Shown here piece by piece: positions 13,921-25,124 of a stretch of DNA of 64,000 nucleotides. Source of the stretch: Heterodontus francisci (lineage: Eukaryota); assembly GCF_036365525.1 (NCBI RefSeq), contig NC_090404.1, forward strand, positions 6,200,001 to 6,264,000, read 5' to 3'. The notes under the pieces were generated by a model. That model saw nothing but the letters and a program-made list of their open reading frames with translations. It had not been told where the DNA came from and did not search any database. The stretch's first letter is position 1. Each line of letters starts with the position of its first letter. The translations under genes were made by a program, and so were the position numbers.

Positions 13921-13984
13921 TCAGGATTCAGCCCCGGATGTGATTAACAGCAGCAATAACAGCAACAGAATTCAAACCCTGCAG

Positions 13985-14659
13985 TCACTTGTGAACTCGC
14001 TGGTGCCTCAGCAGATTACTTGAATCAGCAAATCCCTTCCCACACTCACAGCAGGTGAACGGCCTCTCTCCAGTGTGAACTTGGTGATGTTTCAGCAAGT
14101 TGCCTTTACTTTTAAATCTCTTCTCACAGTTGGAACATTTAAAAGGTCTTTTATCTGTGTGAACAAGTTGGTGTGTTTGGAGGTGGGACGACTGAGTGAA
14201 TCCCTTCCCACACACAGAGCAGGTAAATGGCTTCTCCCCAGTGTGAACTCGCTGGTGTTTTAGCAGGGTGGATAGATTAGTAAATCCCTTCCCACAGTTA
14301 GTGCATGTGAATGGCCTCTCCCCAGTGTGAGTGCGTTGGTGTTGCAGAAGATAGTTTTTACTTTTAAATCTCTTCTCACAGTCAGAACATTTAAAAGCTC
14401 TCTTATCTGTGTGAACAAGTTGGTGTGTCAGCAGGGAGGATGGATTAGGGAATCTCTTCCCACACACAGAGCATGTGAACGGTCTCTCCCCAGTGTGAAC
14501 TCGCCGGTGTTTCAGCAGGTGGGATGAATTCATGAATCCCTTTCCACATATAGAGCAGGTGAAGGGCCTCTCCCCACTGTGACTGCGTCGATGAGTCTCC
14601 AGCTGGCATGGGTAATTGAATCCCTTCCCACAGTCTCCACATTTGCACGGTTTCTCCAT
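13985..14659 (-). CDS. Tandem C2H2 zinc-finger protein, 8 fingers, no KRAB/SCAN seen
   Basis: Open 224-aa frame with 8 CxxC..HxxxH units and TGERP/TGEKP linkers; ACCATGG start; splice acceptor CTTTTACAG at 15018-15026 (reverse); putative polyA signal at 12547-12552 (reverse). Confidence 0.92.
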   Translation of the reverse strand: MEKPCKCGDCGKGFNYPCQLETHRRSHSGERPFTCSICGKGFMNSSHLLKHRRVHTGERPFTCSVCGKRFPNPSSLLTHQLVHTDKRAFKCSDCEKRFKSKNYLLQHQRTHTGERPFTCTNCGKGFTNLSTLLKHQRVHTGEKPFTCSVCGKGFTQSSHLQTHQLVHTDKRPFKCSNCEKRFKSKGNLLKHHQVHTGERPFTCCECGKGFADSSNLLRHQRVHK

Positions 14660-15029
14660 GGTGCGAGTTTCCTCGTGTCCCTCTGGGCTGGACGATCAGT
14701 TTAAACCTCAGCCACACACAGAACACATGTACGGTTCTCCCCACTGTGAATGGGGTGATTTACTTTCAGGCTGTGTAACTGGTGAAAGCTCGTTCCACAG
14801 TCAGTGCACTGGAACACCCTCACTCGGGTGTGTGTCTTGGTGCTGTTCCAGTCACACTGATGTTTAAAATCTTTCCTCGCAGACAAAACAGACAAACATT
14901 TCTCCTTCCACATTCAAAGGATGATGATATTCAGATCCTGATGATCGAGTGACTGTCAGATCTTGATGTGATGTTTGACTTGAGTTTCCCGTGTGCAAAT
15001 CCTGCCCTTCTAATCCTCTGTAAAAGGAG

Positions 15030-17659
15030 ATTACATAGAATAACAGACTACACAGTGCACAAACAAGCCATTCAGTCCAACTAGTTTCTGCTGATGCTTT
15101 TTCACCTCGTGTCTGCTCCTCTTCCATCTACCTCATTTCAGCCTTTCAGCAGGTCTTTTTATTCATTTTGTTCTGTTTTTCTAGTTTCTTCTTGAAAGCA
15201 TCTCAACTATTTGCCTGAAACATAGAAAAATTACAGCAGAGAAGGAGGCCATTCAGCCTGCCGTGTCTGTGCCGGCCGAAAACTAGCCGCTCAATCTAAT
15301 TCCACCTTCCAGCACCTGGTCCATAGCCTTGCCGATTACAGCTCTTCAGGTGCATGTCCAGGTACCTTTTAAAAGAATTGAGGGTTTCTGCCTCCACCAC
15401 CATTCCTGGCTGTGAATTCCAGACACCCACCACCCTCTGGGTGAAAAAGTTTTTCCTCCTGTCCCCTCTAATCATTCTAGCAATCACCTTAAATCTGTGC
15501 CCCTGGTAACTGATCTCTCGGCTAGGGGAAACAGACCCTTCCAGTCTACTCTAACTAGGTCCATCATAATTTTGTACACCTCTATTAAGTCACCCCTCAG
15601 CCTCCTCTGTTCTAAGGAAAATAACCCTAGTCTATCCAATCTTTCCTCATAACTGTAACTTTCAAGCCTTGGCAACATTCTTGTAAATTTCCTCTGTACT
15701 TTCTCCAGAGCAACTATGTCCTGCCTGTAATGTGGTGACCAGAACTATACGCAATATTCCAACTGTGGCCGAACTAGCGTTTTATACAGTTCCAGCATTA
15801 CATCCCTGCTTTTGCATTCTATACCTCAGCCAATAAAGGAAAGCATTCCATATGCCTTCTTCACCACTTTATCTACCTGTCCTGCCACCTTTAGGGATCT
15901 GTAGGCATGCATTCCAAGGTCTCTCACTTCTTCTACCCCTCTCAACATTCTCCCGTTTATTGTGTATTCCCTTCCTTTATTTGCCCTCCCCAAGTATATT
16001 ACCTCACACTTCACCGGATTGAATTCCATTTGCCATTTTTTCGCCCACTCAACCAAACCATTGATATCATTCTGGAATCTACAGCCATCCTCTTCACTAT
16101 CAACTACACAACCAATTTTTGTGTCATCAGCAAATTTGCCAATCAAGCCTCTCACATTTAAGTCCAAATCATTAATATATACCACAAACAGCAAGGGACC
16201 CAACAGTGAGTCCTGTGGAACGCCAATGGAAACAGCTTTTCATTCACTAAAACACCCGTCCACCTTCGTTTCCTGTCCCCGGCTGCCTGCAATGAATTTG
16301 GCCTAACCATCAGCCTCAAGAAAACGAACATCATGGGGCAGGACGTCAGAAATGCTCTAATCATCAATATTAGCGACCACGCTCTGGAAGTGGTTCAAGC
16401 GTTCACCTACCTAGGCTCAACTATCACCAGTAACCTGTCTCCAGATGCAGAAATCAACAAGCGCATGGGAAAGGCTTCCACTGCTATGTCCAGACTGGCC
16501 AAGAGAGTGTGGGAAAATGGCGCACTGACACGGAACACAAATGTCCGAGTGTATCAGGCCTGTGTCCTCAGTACCGTGCTCTATGGCAGAGAGGCCTGGA
16601 CAACGTATGCCAGCCAAGAGCGACGTCTCAATTCATTCCATCTTCGCTGCCTCCGGAGAATACTTGGCATCAGGTGGCAGGACCGTATCTCCAACACAGA
16701 AGTCCTCGAGGCGGCCAACATCCCCAGCTAGTATACACTACTGAGTCAGCGGTGCTTGAGATGGCTTGGCCATGTGAGCCGCATGGAAGATGGCAGGATC
16801 CCCAAAGACACATTGTACAGCGAGCTCGCCACTGGTATCAGACCCACCGGCCGTCCACGTCTCCACTTTAAAGACGTCTGCAAACGCGACATGAAATCCT
16901 GTGACATTGGTCACAAGTCGTGGGAGTCAGTTGCCAGCGTTCGCCAGAGCTGGCGGGCAGCCATAAAGACAGGGCTAAAATGTGGCGAGTCGAAGAGACT
17001 TAGTAGTTGGCAGGAAAAAAGACAGAGGCGCAAGGGGAGAGCCAACTGTGCAACAGCCCCGACAAACAAATTTCTCTGCAGCACCTGTGGAAGAGCCTGT
17101 CACTCTAGAATTGGCCTTTATAGCCACTCCAGGCACTGCTTCACAAACCACTGACCACCTCCAGGCGCGTATCCATTGTCTCAAGATAAGGAGGCCCAAA
17201 AGGAAAAAAAAATACCACAAAAAGCAAGGGACCCAGCACTGAGTCCTGTGGAACGCCAATGGAAACAGCTTTTCATTCACTAAAACATCCGTCCACCTTT
17301 GTTTCCTGTCCCCGAGCCAATTTTGGATCCAACCTGCCACATTCCCGTTTCCCATGGGCTTTCATTTTACTGACCAGTCTGCCATGCGTGACCTTATCAA
17401 ATGCCTTACTAACCACATCCACATTTTACGCACACTGAGTAAAGAAATATCTCCTTATTTCCCTGCTGGATTTATTAGTAACTGTATTAATGGAACCCTA
17501 GATTTGGATTCATTCAGAAATGGAAACATTCTCTCCACGTCCACCCTGTCCAAACCATTGATAAATTTTAAAGAGCTCTATCACGTCGCCGTTGTCTTGT
17601 TTTCTAAATAAAAAAAAAACTCTACCTTGTTCAATCTTTCCCTAAAGCTATAATTTCTC
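15030..17659 (-). mobile_element. Composite CR1 insertion within the ZNF intron
   Basis: CR1 RT/C-terminal peptides 15296-16203 and 17212-17420; the flanks join to reconstitute the intron seen uninterrupted at 30514-30592. Confidence 0.82.
16282..17211 (+). mobile_element. 5'-truncated RTE-clade (BovB-like) LINE with 103-bp TSD
   Basis: FTYLGSTIT, VYQACVLSTVLYG.EAW, RWLGHVSRMEDGRIPK..LYSEL, C-terminal CSTCGRACHSRIGLYSH; one in-frame TAG; A-rich tail; direct repeats 16179-16281 and 17212-17314. Confidence 0.92.
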
Positions 17660-17717
17660 AGTTTACAAAAGCCATTACTGTCAGTCCAGCATAGAAATTG
17701 ACAACGTTCCTGCTTAC

Positions 17718-18070
17718 TGGCCCCGAATGACCGCGCCTCTACTGCACATTGCCTGCTGTAAACATGGCGGCAATTAACCCGGGCCTGTCACCAGGAAAAG
17801 CCCCGCAGCTGCCGCGCCACTCGGTGCAAACGCAGGACCTTATTCTTATTTGGGGTCTGAGGCCAACCCCAGGTGTTTATGAAGCCTCACCGCCCACTCC
17901 AATCCTCTGCTGCACTCCGTGTTTTCTCACCCGCTGCGGATCCGACACAATCATTTCCGTCCAGCTCCAGCATCCACACTGCGCATGCTCCAGTCACAGC
18001 TCACACCGCGCCTGTGCGGGGGCTCCCGCAATGAGGATCGGGCACATTCTGCACCGCAGGGCATGCTGGG
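17718..18070 (-). promoter_or_regulatory. CpG-rich promoter/first-exon module of the minus-strand ZNF gene
   Basis: YY1-type AACATGGCGGC (17761-17771), NRF1-type TGCGCATGCTC (17980-17990), GC box; homologous to 29335-29560 and 30340-30510. Confidence 0.7.
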
Positions 18071-18539
18071 CAACAGCTCGGCCATTGAAAGCTTATTTTC
18101 TGTTCAGTAAAATGGTATAATCCGATTGCGATTGGAGTCAAACAGCCAAGATATACAGTTAATAATCAATTGATACAGAAACCCAAGCGGAAGTGCCCTC
18201 TGCCATAATTCTGTCCTGCATGTGATTAACAGTAGCAGTTAGAGTAGAACCAGTCCCTGGTCTGTTAGGTGAGGTGAACAACCAAATCTATTCCCACACT
18301 CACTTCCAAAAGAACTGTGGGTGTACCTATACCCCAAAGACTGCAGCGGTTCAAGACAGCTCACCACTACCTTCTCAAGGGAAATTAGGGATGGGCAACA
18401 AATGCTCACCTAGCCAGAGATGCCCATATCCCATGAACAAACAGTAAAAATAAAATTGCACACAAGTCTGTTGTGCAACACTGTACCAAATGCCACATCA
18501 ACATTACTGAGTAAATCCCTTTGCCCACTTGAACTCAGT

Positions 18540-20155
18540 CATTACAGCATAGAAGGAAGCCATTCAGCCCACTGAGTCCATACTCTGCAAAGCCATCCAG
18601 TCAGTCCCACTCCACCACCTTATCCCCATAACCCAGCAGGTTTATTTCCCTCGAGTGTCCATCCAATTTACTTTTGAACTCTTATCATTGTCTCCATTTC
18701 CACCACCCTCGTAGGCAGCAAGTTGCAGGTCAATATCACATGCTGTATAAAAAAAGTTCTTCTTCATAATCCCCCTACATCTCTCATCCAAAACCTTAAA
18801 TCTGGGTCCACTGGTCCTTGTACCATCAGCTAATGGGAACAGCTTTTGTCTACCCTATTCAAACCAGTAATAATCTTGCACACCTCTATTAAATCTCCCC
18901 TCAATCTACTTTGCTCCAAGGAGAACAACCCCAGATTCTCCAACCTAGCCTTGTAGCTAAAATTGCCTATTCCCTGGAACCATTCTGGTAATGGGCTGAC
19001 AACTGGTAAGTAACATTCACGTCACACAAGTGCCAGGTAATGACCAGCTCCAACAAGAGAGAATCTAACCCTCTCGTCTTGATATTCAACAGCATTACTA
19101 TCGCTGAATTCCCCACTATCAATATCCTGGGGGTTACTATTGACCAGAAGAGGTCAGAGGGTGGGAATTCTGCAGTAACTCACCTCCCGACTCGCCAAAG
19201 CCTGTCTACCGTCTACAAGGCACAAGTTTTTTTTATATATTATTTTTCCATGGATGCAGACGTTGCTGGTTTTTGTTGCCCATCCCTAATTACCCATGAA
19301 CTGAGTGGCTTGCTAAGCTATTTCACTTAATAGTCAACCACATTGCTGTGGGTTGGGAGTCACATGTCGGCCAGACTAGGTAAAGACGGTAAATTTCCTT
19401 CCCTAAAAGGACATCAGTGAACCAGTTGGGTTTTAATGACAATGATAGTTTCATGGCACCATTACTGATACTAGCTTTCAACTCCAGATTTTAATTAATT
19501 AATTCCATTTGATTTTCATCAGCTGCTATGGTGGGATTTGAACATAGGACTTAGGAACAGGAGTAGACCATTCAGCCCTTCGAGCCTGCTCCGCCATTTG
19601 ATAAGATCATGGCTGATCTGGTTGTGGTCTCAACTCCATTTTCCTGTCCGTTTCCACTCTCCCTCAGAACGCTCGACTCCCTTGTTTATCAAAAACCTGT
19701 CTAACTCAGCCTTGAATATTTTCAATAACCTAGCCTCCACTGCTTTCTGGGGAAGAGAATTCCACAGACTAAAGACTCACAGACAAAAAAAGTTCTCCTC
19801 ATCTCCGTCTTAAAAGGCAGTCCTCTCATTCTTAAAATGTGACCCATAGTTCTAGTCTCCCCTACAAGAGGAAACATCCTCACAGGATCCACTCTATCAA
19901 GTCCCCTCAGGATCTTACATGCTTCAATAAGATCACCTCTCATTTTCCTAAACTTCAATGGGCATGGGCCCAACCTGTTCAACCTTTCTCCATAAGATAA
20001 GCTCTTCATCCCAGGAATGAATTGATTGAACCTTCCCTGAACTAACACAATTATATCCTTTTTTAAAATGAGACCAAAACTGTACACAGTATTCCAGATG
20101 TTGTCTCACAAAAGTCTTGTGCAGCTGCAGTAAAACTTCCCTACTTTTATTGTCC
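18540..20155 (-). mobile_element. Patchwork of CR1 3' fragments, an L2-like fragment and a DeuSINE-like fragment
   Basis: CR1 C-terminal peptides (19722-20157); L2-like MTSSNKRESNPL..INILGVTIDQK at 19040 (plus strand). Confidence 0.7.
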
Positions 20156-20167
20156 AACAGATTTGAG

Positions 20168-20512
20168 GTTTAGTTTAGTTTAGTTTAGAGATACAGCACT
20201 GAAACAGGCCCTTCGGCCCACCGAGTCTGTGCCGACCATCAACCACCCATTTATACTAATCCTACACATTCCTACTACATCCCCACCTGTCCCTCTATTT
20301 CTCTACCACCTACCTATACTAGGGGCAATTTTTTATAATGGCCAATTAACCTATCAACCTGCAAGTCTTTGGCATGTGGGAGGAAACCGGAGCACCCGGA
20401 GGAAACCCACGCAGACACAGGGAGAACTTGCAAACTCCACACAGGCAGTACCCAGAATCGAACCCGGGTCCCTGGAGCTGTGAGGCTGCGGTGCTAACCA
20501 CTGCGCCACTGT
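20168..20512 (-). mobile_element. HE1-like V-SINE, near full length
   Basis: Near-identical to other copies; (TTTAG)n tail. Confidence 0.9.
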
Positions 20513-23500
20513 GCAGCTTGTTTGGATGACAGTGAGGGCTGCAGGGTGGATGAGTAACCTGACCATGGCACCATGGTACAGGAAGCCATTCAAGTGGAGG
20601 AAGAAAAAAAGGAATGTAGTGGTTGTAGGGGACAGTATAGTTAGGGGGATTGACACTATTCTCTGCAGCACAGAGCAAGAGTCCAGACAGCTGTGTTGCT
20701 GGCCCGGTGCCAGGGTCCGGGATATCTGCTCAGGGCTGGAGAGGACTTACAGTGGGAGGGAGAGGATTCAGCCGTCGTGGTCCAAGTCGGTACCAATTAC
20801 ACAGACAGGACAAGGAAAGAGGTTCTACATAATCAGTATGAGGAACTAGGTGCCAAGTTAAGAAGCGTAACCTCAAAAGTAATAATCTTTGGATTATCTG
20901 AGCCAGGTGCAAATTCGCATAGGGCAAATAAGATTAGAGAAATTAATACATGGCTCAAAGCCCAGTGTGGTAGAAGTGGATTCCGGTTCGTAGGGCACGG
21001 GCACCAGTACTGGGGAAAGTGGTGGTTGTACCGTTGGGACGGTCTACACCGGAACCGTACTGGAGCCGGTGTTCTACGAGCCACATAACTAGGGAAGTAG
21101 AGAGGGTTTTAAACTTAATAGTGGGGGCAAGGGATCAAATTTGGGAAGATATGGTAAATCAAGGAGTAGAGACAAGGCAAGAGAGAAAGGTATTAATATG
21201 GGAAATGATAGACTGAGACAGGAAGGGGCAGAGTGTACAAATCTAAGAGTAAATCAACAGATAAGGCTAGAGGTTACAAAAATAATAAAAGGACAAAACA
21301 AAAGGCTCTGTATCTGCACGTAGCATTCGAAACAAAACAGATGAACTGAGAGTGCAAATAGAAATAAATCAGTACGATCTGATGGCCATAACAGAGACAT
21401 GGCTGCAGAACGACATAGATTGGGACCTGAATATTGAAGGATACATGGCATTTAGGAAGGACAGGAAGCTAGGAAAAGGTGGGGATGTAGCTTTGTTAAT
21501 GTTAGCGCAATAGAGAGGGATGACCTAAGTTCAGGAAACCAGGATGTAGAAGCAGTTTGGGTAGAGATGAGAAATCATAAAGGCAGGAAGTCACTTGTGG
21601 GAGTGGTGTACAGGCCATCTAACACTAACCACACCGCAGGATGGCAGCTTCGCAGAAAGATAAATATGGGAGATTTTAACCTACATATAGACTTGAAAAA
21701 TCAGATGGGCAGAGGTAGCCTAGGTGAGGAGTACAGATTGTTTTCGGGATAATTTCTTGGAACAATATGTTCTAGAGCCAACCAGACAGCAGGCTACGCT
21801 AGACCTGGTATTATACAATGATCAGGATTAATTAATGACCTCATAGTCAAGGCATCCCTAGGTCGCAGTGATCATAATATGATTATATTGTACATTCAGT
21901 TTGAGGGAGAGAAGAGTGGGTCCAAAACTAATATTTTAAACTTAAATAAGGGCAATTATGAGGGTATAAAAGCAGAGCTACCTAAAGTCAACTGGCAAAT
22001 CAGGTTAAGGGATAGGTCAATAGAGATACAGTGGCAGACATTTAAGGGGCTATTTCAGAATACAAAGAATAGATACATTTCAACAAGAAATAAAAATTCC
22101 AAAAGTGGGACCCGCCATCTGTGGTTAATTAAAACAGTTAAAGATAGTATCAAACTTAAAGAAAGAGCCTATAATTGTGCAAAGATGGGAGGCAGGTCAG
22201 AAGATGGGACAGAATATAAAAAACAGCAAAGAACGACTAAAAAATTGATAAGGAAGGTAAAATTAAAGTACAAGAGAAAGCTAGCTAGATATATAAAGAC
22301 AGATAGTAAGAGTTTCTTTGATATTTTAAAAAGTAGTTAACAAAGTGAGCATTGGTCCTATACAAAGTGAGTCTGGGGAATTAATGATGGATAATAAGGA
22401 AATGGCAGATGAATTGAACAGATATTTTGCATCGGCCTTCACTATTGAGAATACAAGTAACACCCCAGTATTAGATGTAAGTCAGGAAATGGAAGGTAGG
22501 GAGGAACTCAAGAAAATTACAATCACTAGGGAAGTGGTAGTGAAATAATTGTTGGAGCCGCAGGCTGACAACTCCCCGGGGCCTGATGAATTTCATCCTA
22601 GGGTGTGAAAAGTGGCTAGTGAGATAGTTGATGCGTTGGTTTTAATTTTCCAAAATTCCCTAGATTCGGGAAGGTTCCGTTAGATTGGAAAATAGCGAAT
22701 GTAACTCCTTTATTCAAAAAGGGAGGGAGACAGAAAGCAGGAAACTACAGGCCAGTTAGCTTAACATCTCTCGTAGGGAAAATGTTAGGAGCTATTATTA
22801 AAGACGTTATGCAGGGCATTTAGAAAAATTCAAGGTAATCAGGCAGAGTCAACATGGTTTGTGAAAGGGAAATCATGTTCAACCAATTTATTGGTGTTCT
22901 TTGAGGGAGTTACATGTGCTGTGGATCAAGGGGAACTGGTGGATGTATTGTACTTAGATTTCCAGAAGGCATTTGATAAGGTGCCACATCAAAAGTTGCT
23001 GCAGAAAATAAAAGTTCATGGTGACATATTGGCATGGATAGAAGATTGGTTAGCTAACAGGAAACAGTGTAGGCATAAATGGGTCATTTTCTGGTTGGCA
23101 AGATGCAACGAGTGGTGCGCCACAGAGATCTGTGCTGGGGCCTCAACTTTTTACAATTTATATAAATATCTTAGATGAAGGGACCGAAGGTATGGTTGCT
23201 AAATTTGCTGATGACACAAAGATAGGTAGGAAAGTAACTTGTGAAGAGGACATAAGGGGGCTACAAAGGGATATAAATAGGTTAAGTGAGCGAGCAAAGA
23301 CCTGGCAAACGGAGTACAATGTGGGAAAGAGGGAAATTGTCTACTTTGCCAGAAAGAATAACAAAGAAGCACATCAAAATGGTGAGACTGCAGAGCTCTG
23401 AGATGCAGAGGGTTCTGTATGTCCTAGTGAATGAACTGCAAAAGGTTAGTATGCAGGGCACAGCATGTAATTAGGAAAGCTAACAGAATGTTATTGTTTA

Positions 23501-24145
23501 TTGCGAGGGGAATTGAATACAACAGTAGGAGGTTATGCTTCAGCTATACAGGGCATTGGCAAGACCACCTCTGCAGTACTGTGTACAGTACTGGTCACCT
23601 TATTTAAGGAAGGATATAAATGCTTTGGAAGCAGTACAGAGAAGGTTTACCTGGAATGGGTCGGCTGTCTTATGAGGAAAGATTGGAAAGGCTAGGCTTG
23701 TATCGGTGGAATTTAGAAGAGTAAGAGGTGACTTGATTGAAACAGATAAGTTCCTGAAGGTTCTTGACAAGGTGGATGTGGAAAAGATGTTTCACCTTGT
23801 GGAAGAATCGACAACTAGGGGGAAGGGCCTGTTTCAGTGCTGTATCTCTGAACTGAACTGAACTGTTTAAAAATAAGGGGTTGCCCATACAAGACAGAGA
23901 TGAGGAGAATTTTTTTTCTCACAGAGGGTTGAGAGTCTTTGGAATTCTCTTCCTCAAAAGGTGGTTGAAGCAGAGTCTGAATATTTTTAAGGCAGAAGTA
24001 GATAGATTCTTGATAAGCAAGGCAGTGGAGGATTATCGGAGGTAGGTGGAAATGTGGTGTAATCAGTTCAGTCATGAACTTATTGAATGGCGGAGCAGGC
24101 TCAAAGGGCCGAGTGGCCTACTCCTGCTCCTAATTTGTATGTTTG
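20513..24145 (+). mobile_element. Degraded CR1 LINE (ORF1 esterase plus ORF2) with a SINE-tail fragment at ~23820-23862
   Basis: VVVGDSIVRG, QVGTN, WDGLH; VYRP, GDFN, DFQKAFDKVPH, KFADDTK; tail GGGCCGAGTGGCCTACTCCTGCTCCT. Confidence 0.88.
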
Positions 24146-25124
24146 TATGGACGTTCCATTCCCTTTCAATAAACGCCAACATTCCATTTGACTTCCTAAT
24201 CACTTGCTGTACCTGCAAAGTAACATTTCGTGATTCATGTACCAGGACACCCAGATACCAGAGTTATGCAATCCCTCTCCATTTAAATAGTATACTGCTT
24301 TTCTATTCTTCCTGCCAAAAGGAACAAATTAATGTTATCCCACATAACATTCCATCTGCCAAATATTTTGCACACTCACAAACTATCTGCATCCCTTTGT
24401 AGACTCTTCACCTCCTCATGACAACTTACTTTCTTTCCTATTTTGGTTGCATTGGCAAATTAAGCTGCCATACATTTGGTTCCTTCATTCAAGTCTTTGA
24501 TATAGATTGTAAATAGGTAAGGCCCCAGCACTGATCCCTGTGGCACTCCACTGGTTACAGCTTGCCAACCCGAAAAGTACCCATTTATCCTGTGTTCCCA
24601 GGGCATTAGCCTGGGCCTCTATTACTAGTCCAGTGACATTACCACGATGCCACCGCCTCCCCCGTACCGCAGCGTGATGGAATACTCCCCACTTACCTGG
24701 ATGAGTGCGGCTCCAACACCACTCAGGGAGCTTGACAACATCCAGGACAAAGCAACCCATTCACTCCTTCCACCAACAATGCTCAGTGGATGTAGATGGT
24801 ACATACTGCAAGATACACTGCAGCAACTCACCACGCCTCCTTCAACAGCAACTTCCAAACCAGTGACCTCTTCCATCCAGAAGGACAAGGACAGCAGACA
24901 CATACGAACACCATCATATGCAAATCCCACTCCAAGCCATACACCATCCTAACTTGGATCAAAATCCTGGAACTCCCTCCCTAACAGCAGTGTGGGTGGA
25001 CCTACACCAGATTAATTGCAGCAGTTCAAGGTAGTTCACCACCACCTTCTCAAGGGCAGATAGGGATGGACAACAAATGCTGGCCTTGCCAGCGATGCCC
25101 CACACCCCATGAAAACTAACTAAA

